Below, in pieces: positions 48,179 to 57,906 of a stretch of DNA of 64,000 nucleotides. This DNA comes from an uncultured delta proteobacterium (GTDB lineage Bacteria > Myxococcota_A > Polyangia > Fen-1088): the NCBI GenBank assembly GCA_963755125.1, contig CAVWIP010000010.1, positions 384,001 through 448,000 of the forward strand, in the 5' to 3' direction. How positions within the stretch are numbered: the first letter of the stretch is position 1; each line of letters opens with the position of its first letter. The position numbers and the translations under genes were made by a program. Under the pieces are notes generated by a model. It was not told the DNA's origin and searched no databases. It saw only the letters and a program-made list of their open reading frames with translations.

Positions 48179-48943
48179 CTACAGCCGGCCCACGTCTTCC
48201 GCGCGCAGCCAGCCTTCCAGCCCATTGGCCAGCCGCACGCGCACCCACTCCTGATCGCGGTCCAACACGCGCACGCGCAAACCGGCATGCACCTCAAAGC
48301 TGGTGCGATAGCTGGTGTCAGCGCCTTCCTTGACGGCCACCATGTCCGGCAAGACGATGGCAAAGGGGATGCGGTCCAGGTTCACGCGTCCCAGCAACAG
48401 CGCACCCGCCAGCAACGCACCCGTGCCCAAGATGGCAGCTCCCGCGGTCAGTGCCGCGCGTGAGTCGTCAGCCGCGCGCCGACGCAGAAACAAGAGGACG
48501 AAGCAGCCCAGGTACACCCCGACAAAGAGCCAGGTCTCGGTCGATGCGGTGAAGGAGGTGACGACGCGAATCCACAGAGGTTCGCGCTCCGCGCTTTCGA
48601 TCTTGTCGAGCACACGGCGTTCAGCCAGCTTGCGCGCTTGGCCCAGATTGAAACGCGCATCCTCGTCGTCCGCATCGATTTCCAGCGCGCGCTCGAACGA
48701 CCAGATGGCGCGACCCAGGCTGCCCTGGCGAAAATGGGCGACGCCCAGGTTGTAGTAGAGATCGCGCGAGGCCACGTTCTGCCGGTCCAGTTGTTCGTAG
48801 GCGGCGATGGCGCCGGCCAGATCGCCGTGCAGATAGGCATCGTTGCCTCGCTTCCACGCCGCGTCAAGCAGATCAGCACGCACTCCCCGCGCGGAAAGCA
48901 GCAACACGAGCGCCAGCAGCAGAATCGCCGTGCGTCGGATCAC
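48179..48943 (-). CDS. batE: BatE-like TPR plus SH3 protein
   Basis: GNDAY, YYNLG, D.RFNL, and VHAG..EWVRV..GLEGW. Position in the operon. Confidence 0.82.
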   Translation of the reverse strand: MIRRTAILLLALVLLLSARGVRADLLDAAWKRGNDAYLHGDLAGAIAAYEQLDRQNVASRDLYYNLGVAHFRQGSLGRAIWSFERALEIDADDEDARFNLGQARKLAERRVLDKIESAEREPLWIRVVTSFTASTETWLFVGVYLGCFVLLFLRRRAADDSRAALTAGAAILGTGALLAGALLLGRVNLDRIPFAIVLPDMVAVKEGADTSYRTSFEVHAGLRVRVLDRDQEWVRVRLANGLEGWLRAEDVGRL

Positions 48944-50862
48944 GACCGCGCCTCCTGCCCTGGAAGCGGCCGCAAGGGCGCCTTTTCGATCTGCAAGATG
49001 ATCTCGCCGGCGCGATCTCGGGCTGCGCGCACTTCCTCGGGCGACAGGCTGCCCGGGGAAAAGCGGGCGCGGTCGCAATCCTCCAACGCGGCCAGAGTGG
49101 CATCAACCAACGTGGGCGCCATCCCCGCTCGCTCCAGGGCGGAGCGCAGCTCGTCCCACGACAGGCCTGCGATCTGCGTATTCAGTTTGCCAGTGAGAAA
49201 CTCCCGCAGCACGCGCTCGATCTCGCCGAAGGCCTGCGCCAGCCTGCCTTCCGTGAGATGGGCCTCGGCCGTACGCAGGCGGCGGCGCACCAGCCGGCGC
49301 AGCTTGCGGCGGCGCGTGCCCTCGGTTTCCTTGCTCAGCCGCTCGCGTGCGAACCCGAGCAGAGCGGTCAGCGCCAGGGCCAACGGCGGCACCGCGACCG
49401 CGACCCACAGGCCGTGCGACTGGTAGAAGCTTGTCCCTAGATCGCGGCGCAAGGTAGGACGATTGCGCAGGGGCCGGATGTCCAGTGCGAGCACATTCTC
49501 GCCCCCGGCCGCGACCGCGGCCGAACCCGACGCGACGATTCCCGTCGGGGCGGCATGCGCCCCCGTCGGCTGCGCGGCATCGCCGCTCACCTCGATGCGC
49601 AGCGAATTGCTCTTCTCGGTGCCGTAGCTGCCGCGTTCGGGGTCGAAGAAGGCCAAGCTGAGCGGCGCAATGTTGGTCACGCCCGGTCGCTCGGGCAGAA
49701 GCAGGTATTCGATCACCTTGCTACCCTCCACCCGCTCGCCTGGGTTGAGGGTGACCGACACCTTAGGCTCGTACACTTTCCAGCCGTCCAGGCGAGGCAG
49801 GGTCGGCGCGGCCAGCTTGCGAAGATTGCCTTGCCCGTTCACCGTCAGCTTGAACGTGACCGCCTCGCCCACGTTGACCCGATCGCGGTCGACTTCCGCG
49901 CGCAGGGTGAAGTGGCCAACCGCCGAGGTGTCGAACTTGGGCGGCTGGCCCGCGGTGGGCAGGGGCAGAACCTCGATGGTTAGAGGCTCGGTCTTGAGGC
50001 GCTCGGTGCGCAAGGTCGCGCCGAAGAAGTCGACCCGCGAGATCTCGGATTCGAGCGGGCTGATGGTCAGACGCCCGGGATGCAGCGGAAAAAGCGCCTT
50101 CTTCATCAGCGGGGCGACCAGATAGTTGTGTCCCTCGTAGCTCTGCTCGGTCAGCGAAAGCCCGGTGTGTTGATTGGGGACTGGGAGGTCCTCGACCCAA
50201 AACCCGTCGGTGCGCGGCTCGGCCGTGGTGCCATACTTGTCCTGCCGTTCGGTGAGGTACAGGAACCACTCCACCGTGATCTGGTCGCCGACGTAGGTCC
50301 TGATCTTGTTGCTCTGGACCCGGAGGAAGTTGCGTCGGCCCCGGCCCGGCTGGGTGTCGGGGGCAGGAGCCTCGTCGTCTCCACCCAGCCCGGGAAAGGG
50401 CAGGCCAGGATTGAGCATGCCGTGGGGAAAGCTGCGGGCAGGACGCCGCGCCGCGGGCGCTTGGCCCGAGTCAACCACGGTGATGGCGATCTTTTCCGTG
50501 TGCAGCTCCTGGCCATCCACGCGCACGCGGGCTGGACCGACGTTGAACGTGCCTCGGTCGAGCGCCTGCACGTCGTAGTGCCAGCCGTACACCTGGCGCA
50601 CGAAAGTGCCGCCGCCGCCCATCTGCATCTGGGTGGACTGGCTCGGCCGTTCGGCCAAAGTGCGGAAGCCGCGCAAGTCCGGCGCGCGATAGCCATCTAC
50701 GCGGCCTCCTTCCACCGAAAGGGTGATCTCCACGGTGAACGATTCGCCAGCCCCGACCTGGGTGCGGTCCACGCGCGCGACGAAGCTCGGCTGGGCAGCG
50801 TGGGCCACGCCCGCCCCGATCACGATCATCAGCCCGACGATCGATAGAGCGCGAAGCCGCAT
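48940..50862 (-). CDS. batD: BatD family protein
   Basis: Signal peptide, repeated Ig-like units (VGAGESF, YVGDQI, AVGHF, VGEAVT), C-terminal TM, ARFSP. Confidence 0.88.
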   Translation of the reverse strand: MRLRALSIVGLMIVIGAGVAHAAQPSFVARVDRTQVGAGESFTVEITLSVEGGRVDGYRAPDLRGFRTLAERPSQSTQMQMGGGGTFVRQVYGWHYDVQALDRGTFNVGPARVRVDGQELHTEKIAITVVDSGQAPAARRPARSFPHGMLNPGLPFPGLGGDDEAPAPDTQPGRGRRNFLRVQSNKIRTYVGDQITVEWFLYLTERQDKYGTTAEPRTDGFWVEDLPVPNQHTGLSLTEQSYEGHNYLVAPLMKKALFPLHPGRLTISPLESEISRVDFFGATLRTERLKTEPLTIEVLPLPTAGQPPKFDTSAVGHFTLRAEVDRDRVNVGEAVTFKLTVNGQGNLRKLAAPTLPRLDGWKVYEPKVSVTLNPGERVEGSKVIEYLLLPERPGVTNIAPLSLAFFDPERGSYGTEKSNSLRIEVSGDAAQPTGAHAAPTGIVASGSAAVAAGGENVLALDIRPLRNRPTLRRDLGTSFYQSHGLWVAVAVPPLALALTALLGFARERLSKETEGTRRRKLRRLVRRRLRTAEAHLTEGRLAQAFGEIERVLREFLTGKLNTQIAGLSWDELRSALERAGMAPTLVDATLAALEDCDRARFSPGSLSPEEVRAARDRAGEIILQIEKAPLRPLPGQEARS

Positions 50863-50864
50863 CA

Positions 50865-51683
50865 CTACCAATCCTTGGCCGGCGGCGCGCGGCGCACGGC
50901 GCGCAGACGGGCGCGCATCTTCTCCAGATCTTTGGGGCTTCGCTCCAGGCTGTCCAAGACTGCATCGATCTCGCTCATTTCGGGAGCTTTGTCATCCTTG
51001 GGCTGGGCAGCCGGTTGTTCTTGCGGCGGCTGGGCTCCGGCGTCCTGACCCTGGGGTGGCTTGGGCGGCTCTTGCTTGGGCGCGCCCGCATCTGGCTCCT
51101 GCTTCTTCTCGTCCTGCTTCTTGTCCTGGTCTTGCTTCTTCTGATCGTCGCGTTTCTTCTGGTCGTCTTGTTTCTTGTTGTCCTTATCCTTGTCCTTGTC
51201 CTGTTGCTCCTGCTTCTTCTTGTCTTCCTCCTGTTTCTTCTGCAATGCCAGTTCAAGGTTCCACTTGGCGTGCATGTCGCCTGGCTCCAGGCCCAGCGAA
51301 TGCTTGTAGGCGGCGATGGCGTCGGCGTAGCGGTCGGCCTTGAAGTAGCTGTTGCCCAGGTTGTAGAAGGCCGCCGCTTTCAGCGAGGGAGACTTGCTCT
51401 CGGTAGCCCGCATCAGCTCGGCAATGGCCTCGTCGTAGCGAGACAGCGCAAACAGGGCCGTGCCACGATTGAAGTGCACCGCCGGGTCAGCCGGCAGCGC
51501 TGCAGCCGCCTGGTCGTAGCGGGCCAGCGCCTCCTCTGCCTTGCCCTTCTGCAGGCTGGCGTTCCCGTCGGCCACCGAGCGGTTGGGACGTTCCAGCGGA
51601 TTCCACGCCGCCAGCAGCGGCAGAAATGCCAGCGCGGCGGGGAACGCGTGTGCGGGCTTCACGGCTCGACGCTTCGCCCTCAT
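50865..51683 (-). CDS. batC: BatC-like TPR protein
   Basis: TPRs (FNRG, YNLGN, AKWNLELA), K/Q/D-rich tail, terminal KDW. Confidence 0.88.
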   Translation of the reverse strand: MRAKRRAVKPAHAFPAALAFLPLLAAWNPLERPNRSVADGNASLQKGKAEEALARYDQAAAALPADPAVHFNRGTALFALSRYDEAIAELMRATESKSPSLKAAAFYNLGNSYFKADRYADAIAAYKHSLGLEPGDMHAKWNLELALQKKQEEDKKKQEQQDKDKDKDNKKQDDQKKRDDQKKQDQDKKQDEKKQEPDAGAPKQEPPKPPQGQDAGAQPPQEQPAAQPKDDKAPEMSEIDAVLDSLERSPKDLEKMRARLRAVRRAPPAKDW

Positions 51684-52699
51684 GTCTTCCTCCTGCGGCG
51701 TTCGTTCAGGCAGGCTTCGCCAAGCAGAATCACAAATGCCGGCAAGAGCAGGTATTCACAAACCTCGTCGTAGCGCTTGACCAGACGGGCTTCGTTTTCG
51801 GTGCGCTTCAACCCGGCCAGTGCGGCCTCGATCGCCTCCACCCCGAAGTGGCGCGCGTCGGCGCGCAAATACTCGCCGCCCGTGCGTGCCGCGATCTTGG
51901 ACAGCAGATCCTCGCCCAGCCGCGAGGTGACGTACTTGCCCTCGCGATCCTTGACATAGCCCTGGGCCTGGCCCTCTTCATTCACTTCCGGCACCAGCTC
52001 GCCGGAACGCGAGCCGATGCCCACGGCAAAGACCTTGACCCCCAGCCTGGCCGCCTCGTCGGCCATCTCCATCGGCTCGCTGTCCGTGTCCTCGCCGTCG
52101 GTGAGCAGCAGGATCGCCTGTCCCCGAGTCTCGCCGCCCTGGGCGCGCAGGCGCTTCAACATGTCTAGGCCCGATTTGAGCGCGCGGCCGATGGCAGTGC
52201 CGCCCACGGGAATATCCGACGGGGTCATGTCGCGCCAGAAGAGCTTGACCGCCGCGTAGTCCGTGGTGGGTGGGTAGGTCAGGGTCTCGCCCGCGAAAGC
52301 CACCAGCCCGATGCGATCACCGGCCAGCCGGTCCATCAGCCGTTCTAGCTCGCGCTTGGCGCGCTCCAGGCGCGAGGGATAGATATCCTTGGCCAACATG
52401 GACTTGGAGAAATCCAGCGCCACCACGATGTCGAGCCCGCGTTGCTTTTCTAGACGTGCCCTGCCACCGGCCTGGGGCCGCGCCAGGGCCAGGGCCAGAA
52501 ACGCCAGCGCCAGCACGACCATGGCCGCAGCCAGCACCTTGCGCGGCACTGACACCGAGGCTGCCATGCGCGCGATGAGCGCCTGCTCGCCCAGCCGGTT
52601 GAGCAAACGGCGCCTCCGGGCAAAGGCAATGGCATAGGCCAGCACCACGGCCGGAGCCGCAAGCAGGAGCCACAGCAAATGCGGGTTGGCTATGCGCAT
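51680..52699 (-). CDS. batB: BatB-like VWA protein
   Basis: ALARPQ, DFSKSM MIDAS, PSRL, LLTDGED. Confidence 0.88.
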   Translation of the reverse strand: MRIANPHLLWLLLAAPAVVLAYAIAFARRRRLLNRLGEQALIARMAASVSVPRKVLAAAMVVLALAFLALALARPQAGGRARLEKQRGLDIVVALDFSKSMLAKDIYPSRLERAKRELERLMDRLAGDRIGLVAFAGETLTYPPTTDYAAVKLFWRDMTPSDIPVGGTAIGRALKSGLDMLKRLRAQGGETRGQAILLLTDGEDTDSEPMEMADEAARLGVKVFAVGIGSRSGELVPEVNEEGQAQGYVKDREGKYVTSRLGEDLLSKIAARTGGEYLRADARHFGVEAIEAALAGLKRTENEARLVKRYDEVCEYLLLPAFVILLGEACLNERRRRKT

Positions 52700-53797
52700 T
52701 TAGGGCAGCCTCCGCAGGCGAGACAGGCGCAAAGCGATTTCCAGCAGCAGCACGACGAAAGCCGGCCACAGAAAGCGCGGGTACAGCTCAGCATAGAGCG
52801 CGCCGCGATCGCGGATGCGCGACTTCTCCAGTTCTTCGAGGATGTTCTGGAATCGCTGCGCCAGCGCGCGGGTGTCGCTAGCCAGATAGGGCGAGCCTCC
52901 CGTCATGCCCGCGATCTGTTCCAGCAGTTTGGGGTTGACCGCGTAGCGCTGCTGCGGCTGGTTCACGTCGTCAGCCTCGCGGCTGCTGTCATGGGCGCCG
53001 GCCAGGATGGTGTAGATTTTCACGCCCATTTTCTGGGCGAAACTGGCGGCCTGCAGCGGCGAGATGTTGCCCGAGTTGTTGTCCCCGTCGGTGAGCAGGA
53101 TGACGACCTTGGACTTGGCGTCGGACTTGCGCAGACGCGCGAACGCCACACCCAGCCCGTTGCCGATGGCGGTGCCACGTCCGTCGACAATGCCTGGCTG
53201 CAACTCGGCCAGCATGCGCAGGAAGGTGCCGTGGTCGAGGGTGAGTGGCGTGTACGTGTACGCTTCACGGCCGAAGATCACCAGCCCGATGCGATCCCCG
53301 CGTCGGCGTGTGACGAAGTCCTGGATCACGGCCTTGGCCGCTTCTAGCCGATTGGGCTGCAGGTCGGTCTCCTCCATGGAGCCGGACATGTCGAGGGTGA
53401 CCACGATGTCGATGCCTTCCAGCTCCAGATCGTCGTCTTTCTGCGAGGTTTGCGGACGCGCCAGCGCCAGAGCCACCGCGACCACGACGAACAATCGCAG
53501 CACCACGGGCAGATCGGCGAGCCGCGCGACCCACCCAGGCTGCAGGCGGCCCACCTCACCTGCGCGCGAGTACACCAGCACGGGATGGCGCGCCGGCGCA
53601 CGCCTTATGCCGGCCCAAATCACCAGGGCGCCGGCGAGCGGGATCAACGCGAGGGCCGCTGGATGGACAAAGCGCAACAGTTCAATCGAACGAAACCACC
53701 ACAGATAGACCAACGCCGCCGGTAGGAAGATGGCGGCAAGCAGCGGGTAAGGAATCCGTCCGCGCGGCGCACGCGCCTGCTCCCGGCGCTCAGGCAT
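52700..53797 (-). CDS. batA: BatA-like VWA protein
   Basis: ALARPQ, DMSGSM, PNRL, PLTLD, GTAIG, LLTDGDNNSG. Confidence 0.9.
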   Translation of the reverse strand: MPERREQARAPRGRIPYPLLAAIFLPAALVYLWWFRSIELLRFVHPAALALIPLAGALVIWAGIRRAPARHPVLVYSRAGEVGRLQPGWVARLADLPVVLRLFVVVAVALALARPQTSQKDDDLELEGIDIVVTLDMSGSMEETDLQPNRLEAAKAVIQDFVTRRRGDRIGLVIFGREAYTYTPLTLDHGTFLRMLAELQPGIVDGRGTAIGNGLGVAFARLRKSDAKSKVVILLTDGDNNSGNISPLQAASFAQKMGVKIYTILAGAHDSSREADDVNQPQQRYAVNPKLLEQIAGMTGGSPYLASDTRALAQRFQNILEELEKSRIRDRGALYAELYPRFLWPAFVVLLLEIALRLSRLRRLP

Positions 53798-54809
53798 GAG
53801 GCGCCTCCACGGTGGTGCTCGCGACACCAGCGGCCGGGACCGGCGGCTCGGGTCGCGGGCGCGTCGACTCCACGATGCGGATGCCGGTTTCCAGCGCCCC
53901 GCGCGCCTCGGCCATGGATGGCGAAACCTTCGCGAATTTCACCAGGTCGCAGCCCGCCAGCCAGCCTTCCACCTCGCCCAACACGAAACCGCGCATTTCC
54001 TGGATGGAAACCCGACGGCGCAGCCGGAGCACCAACTCCTCGGTGGTCAACTCCAGCGAGTCGAAGGCAAAGCGCGCACCCAGGTATTCGCGGATGATCT
54101 CGGACAGCTCGAAGGTGAAGGGGCGCAAGTCCTCGCTGCTTGCCAGGCGAGCGCCCAGGCGATCGAGCCGCTCCAGCGCCACCTCGTGCGCCGGCCGCGG
54201 TGGAGGCGCCGGGCGATGCGCGGCCCGCGCGCGCAAGCGGCGGCGAATGAACAGCGCCAGCGCGGCACCCAGTGCGGCAGCCGCTAGGCCGCCGGCGATG
54301 TAGGCGTAAAGGTAGTCACGCTGGATCACCGGCACCGGGCCAGCGTTCTCTTTCAACTTGGGTTCGGGCTCGTTGGCGATCAGGCTGGTGATGGTGACGG
54401 CAATCGGCTGCGTGCGTGCACTGAGAACCTCGCCACCCTTGCCGAAATAGGTCACTTCCACCGCAGGGATCTGCGCCGCGCCCGGCTGATACGCCGCCAC
54501 GGTCAGCTCGAATTCGCGGCGCATCTTGCCGTCGCCCAGATCCTTTTCTTCCAGGTGTCGCGAAAGCTCGGTGAAGGGAGACAGATCGACGTTCTCGGGC
54601 AATATGACCGGGGTGGTGATAGGACTCACCGCCGTGATGGAGAGGTGCAGGGCATCGCCCACGTGGGCCTCGGCCTTGTCCACGCGCGCGGTCACCGTGG
54701 GCGCGTCGGCCCGCGCGGAAGCCACCAGCGCAGTCGGCTGTGCGTCGGCGTGCGCCCCGGCGTCGGTCGGCGCGGCGGTCAGCAGGCCGGCCAGGATCCA
54801 CTCGATCAA
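53790..54809 (-). CDS. Bat-operon membrane protein (Ig-like domain, TM, PAHEVAL domain)
   Basis: PAHEVALERL, LSEIIREYL, ELTTEE, DLVKFAK. Lies between DUF58 and batA. Confidence 0.82.
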   Translation of the reverse strand: MIEWILAGLLTAAPTDAGAHADAQPTALVASARADAPTVTARVDKAEAHVGDALHLSITAVSPITTPVILPENVDLSPFTELSRHLEEKDLGDGKMRREFELTVAAYQPGAAQIPAVEVTYFGKGGEVLSARTQPIAVTITSLIANEPEPKLKENAGPVPVIQRDYLYAYIAGGLAAAALGAALALFIRRRLRARAAHRPAPPPRPAHEVALERLDRLGARLASSEDLRPFTFELSEIIREYLGARFAFDSLELTTEELVLRLRRRVSIQEMRGFVLGEVEGWLAGCDLVKFAKVSPSMAEARGALETGIRIVESTRPRPEPPVPAAGVASTTVEAPHA

Positions 54810-55690
54810 TGCCGCAACCTCCGAGCCCGCGCCTCGAAGAAACTGGTCAGCGCGGGCAGGTACGGGCGATCGGTCCGCACCGCGATAGCGTCGAGCGACA
54901 GGCGGCGGAACAGACCCTCGCGCCCCTCGCGTGCCGCGCGACTCCTGTCGGCGAAGACCTTTCCTTCGGGCCCCGAGGTGTCAAACACCACCACCTCGCC
55001 GCTCTCCGGATCCTGCACCTCGAGCAAGCCCACCTGCGGGATCTGCTCCTCCAGCGGATCGGTCACCGCCACCGGAACCAGATCGTGACGCCGGGCTGCG
55101 ATGCGCAGCGAGCGTTCGTATTGCTCGGGCGGCGCCAGGAAATCCGAAACCAGGAAGGCGACCGCGCGGCGGCGGGCGATGCGCCCCAGAAAATCCAGGC
55201 CCAGTCCCAGGTTGGTGTGGGGCGAATTCGGTTCGTACGACAGGATCTCGCTGATGACGCGCAGGACGTGCTTCTTGCCCTTCTTGGCTGGCACGAAGCG
55301 CTCGACCTTGTCGGTAAAGATGATGAGGCCGACGCGGTCGTTGTTGCGGATGGCGGAAAAGGCGAGCACCGCGGCCAACTCGGCGGCCAGCTCTCGCTTC
55401 TCCTGTCCCACCGACCCGAAGCGACCCGATGCCGACATGTCGACCAGCAGGAGCACGGTCATCTCGCGCTCCTCGACGTACAGCTTGACGTAGGGCGCGT
55501 TCATGCGCGCCGACACGTTCCAGTCGATAAGCCGGATGTCGTCGCCCGGGATGTACTGGCGCACCTCGGAGAACGCGATGCCAGAGCCCTTGAACACCGA
55601 ATGGTACTGGCCCGCCATCCGATCGCGCACCAAGCGCTCGGTCACGATCTCGATGGTGCGGATCTTCCGCAACAGCTCGCGGGTCAGCAT
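54806..55690 (-). CDS. DUF58 family protein
   Basis: FKGSG..FSEVRQY.PGDDIR.IDWNVSAR, EERE, SDF. Confidence 0.95.
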   Translation of the reverse strand: MLTRELLRKIRTIEIVTERLVRDRMAGQYHSVFKGSGIAFSEVRQYIPGDDIRLIDWNVSARMNAPYVKLYVEEREMTVLLLVDMSASGRFGSVGQEKRELAAELAAVLAFSAIRNNDRVGLIIFTDKVERFVPAKKGKKHVLRVISEILSYEPNSPHTNLGLGLDFLGRIARRRAVAFLVSDFLAPPEQYERSLRIAARRHDLVPVAVTDPLEEQIPQVGLLEVQDPESGEVVVFDTSGPEGKVFADRSRAAREGREGLFRRLSLDAIAVRTDRPYLPALTSFFEARARRLRH

Positions 55691-55701
55691 GGCGACAGAG
55701 C

Positions 55702-56685
55702 CTAGGGAACCTCGATGCGCTCGAAAAGTTTGCGCACCACCTGCTCGGAAGTCATCTCTTCGGCCTCGGCCTCGTAGGTCAGAATGACCCGGTGGCGAAG
55801 CACGTCCACGCCGATGGCCTTGATGTCCTCGGGCGTGACGTAGCCGCGGCGCCGCAGGAAGGCGTGCGCGCGCGCCGCCAGGTTCAGGTAGATGGACGCG
55901 CGCGGGCTGGCGCCGTATTCGATGAAGTCAGCCAACTCGGCGAGGCCGTAGGCCTTCGGATCGCGCGTGGCGTGCACGATGTTGACGATGTAGTCGCGGA
56001 TCTTCTCGTCGATGTAGATCTGGCTCAGCACCGAGCGCGCCTCGGCGATCTGGCGTGGCGTGGCCACCGGCGCGGCCCGCACCGACGTGCCCGTGGTCAT
56101 GCGGTCCATGATCGCACGCTCCTCCTCCTTGCTGGGGTAGCCGACCTTGACCATCAACATGAAGCGATCGAGCTGCGCCTCGGGCAAGGCATAGGTGCCT
56201 TCCTGCTCGATGGGGTTCTGCGTGGCCATCACCAGGAATGGGTCGGGCAAGGCATGGGTCTCGTCGCCCACCGTGACCTGCCGTTCCTGCATGGCTTCCA
56301 GCAGCGCGGACTGCACCTTGGCGGGCGCACGATTGATTTCATCGGCCAGCACCAGGTTGGCGAAGATGGGCCCCTTCTTGGAAACGAACTCGCTGCGGCT
56401 CTGGTTGTAGATGACCGTGCCCACGATATCCGCGGGCAGAAGGTCGGGCGTGAACTGGATGCGCTGGAAGCGCATGGCGAGCGAGTCGGCCAGGGTCTTG
56501 ACCGTCAGGGTCTTGGCCAGGCCGGGCACGCCTTCCAGCAGAACATGGCCACCAGCGAGCAGGCCGATGAGAATGCGTTCGACCATGGCCTTCTGGCCGA
56601 CGATGACCTTGCCCACTTCCGCGGTCAGGTTTTCGACGAAAGCGGATTGCTGCTGGACCATTTCATTGATGACACGGACGTCCAT
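55702..56685 (-). CDS. moxR: MoxR-family AAA+ ATPase
   Basis: GVPGLAKT, RIQFTPDLLP, DEINRA, ATQNPIEQEGTY.LPEAQLDRF, GASPR. Confidence 0.96.
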   Translation of the reverse strand: MDVRVINEMVQQQSAFVENLTAEVGKVIVGQKAMVERILIGLLAGGHVLLEGVPGLAKTLTVKTLADSLAMRFQRIQFTPDLLPADIVGTVIYNQSRSEFVSKKGPIFANLVLADEINRAPAKVQSALLEAMQERQVTVGDETHALPDPFLVMATQNPIEQEGTYALPEAQLDRFMLMVKVGYPSKEEERAIMDRMTTGTSVRAAPVATPRQIAEARSVLSQIYIDEKIRDYIVNIVHATRDPKAYGLAELADFIEYGASPRASIYLNLAARAHAFLRRRGYVTPEDIKAIGVDVLRHRVILTYEAEAEEMTSEQVVRKLFERIEVP

Positions 56686-56765
56686 GCGATCTCCTCGGGA
56701 AAGGGGAATTTCCGAAGACGTATAACTACTCGGAGCCCCGCTATATTTCCAGAAAGCAACCGGGG

Positions 56766-57845
56766 CTACGCCGGATGCTGCTGGGTCAGGCAGTGCAAGG
56801 TGCCGAAGCCCAGCACCAAGTCCACGGCGTGAATACCAACCACGGGACGGTCATGGAAGAGCTCGCCGAGGATTCCCAGGGCGATGCGATCCGCCGGATC
56901 GTTGAAAGTGGGAACGATGACCGCGGCGTTGGCCATGTAGAAATTGGCGTAGCTGGCAGGCAGTCGCCAGTCGCCGCAGTAGAGCGGCGCCGGCATGGGC
57001 AGAGCAATCACTTCGGGACGCGCTCCGTCCTGCAAGCGAGCATCTTGCAGCCGTTCCCAGTTCTCGCGCAGGGGCGCAAAGTTCACGTCGCGCTCGTCCT
57101 TCTCCTGGATGACCACCATCGTTCTTGGGTTCACGAAGCGACACAGGTCGTCGACGTGGCCGTGGGTATCGTCGCCTGCAATCCCGCGGCCCAGCCAGAT
57201 GACATTGGGGGTGCCCAGGGTGTCGCGAAAGACGCGGTCGTATTCCTCGCGACCCATGCCGGGGTTGCGGCACTGGGTCTTCTGATCCAGGAAGCATTCC
57301 TCCGTAGTCAGCAGGGTGCCGCGGCCGTTCACGTCGATGCCGCCGCCTTCGAGCACGATCGGCTCGCCCTCGCGCGTGACCGGGAAGAGCCGCATGCTTC
57401 GTCGCTTGGCAATTCGCTCCGCGATGCGGTTGTCCTGCTGCCAGTTCGGGTATTTGGCCCAGGCGGTGAACTTGAACTTGGCGACGGCGACTTCGGGCCT
57501 GCTTCCCGGCTTGCGCACGCAGATGGGCCCGAAGTCGCGTGCCCAGCCCCGATCCGAAGGGGCGCGGAAGAACTCCACGTTGGCGAGGTTGGCTTGGGCG
57601 CGGGTAAGGATTCGTCGCGCCCTGGCTTCTCTCGACGGTTCGTCGACAATGATGCGCACATTCTCGCCTTCAGCGATCTTGCGCACGATCTCGCCATAGA
57701 CCCATTCGATGGTGTGAAGCTTGCCTGGCCAGTCACTGCGACAGTGCGGCCAGCCCAGCCAGGTGGCCTCATGGGGCTCCCATTCGGCAGGCATGGCGAA
57801 GCCAAGCTGGGCGGGCGTCTCAGGGTCAGGTGCGCGGAACTCCAT
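56766..57845 (-). CDS. aguA: Agmatine deiminase / peptidyl-arginine deiminase family
   Basis: MPAEWEPH, WARD.GP, EGG, DDTHGHVD, ASYANF, G.GTLHCLTQQ. Confidence 0.92.
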   Translation of the reverse strand: MEFRAPDPETPAQLGFAMPAEWEPHEATWLGWPHCRSDWPGKLHTIEWVYGEIVRKIAEGENVRIIVDEPSREARARRILTRAQANLANVEFFRAPSDRGWARDFGPICVRKPGSRPEVAVAKFKFTAWAKYPNWQQDNRIAERIAKRRSMRLFPVTREGEPIVLEGGGIDVNGRGTLLTTEECFLDQKTQCRNPGMGREEYDRVFRDTLGTPNVIWLGRGIAGDDTHGHVDDLCRFVNPRTMVVIQEKDERDVNFAPLRENWERLQDARLQDGARPEVIALPMPAPLYCGDWRLPASYANFYMANAAVIVPTFNDPADRIALGILGELFHDRPVVGIHAVDLVLGFGTLHCLTQQHPA

Positions 57846-57906
57846 CGCCCGTGGTTATAGACGGAAACCGCGCGAGCACAACCGACAGACTATGGCCCGC
57901 TCGGAG

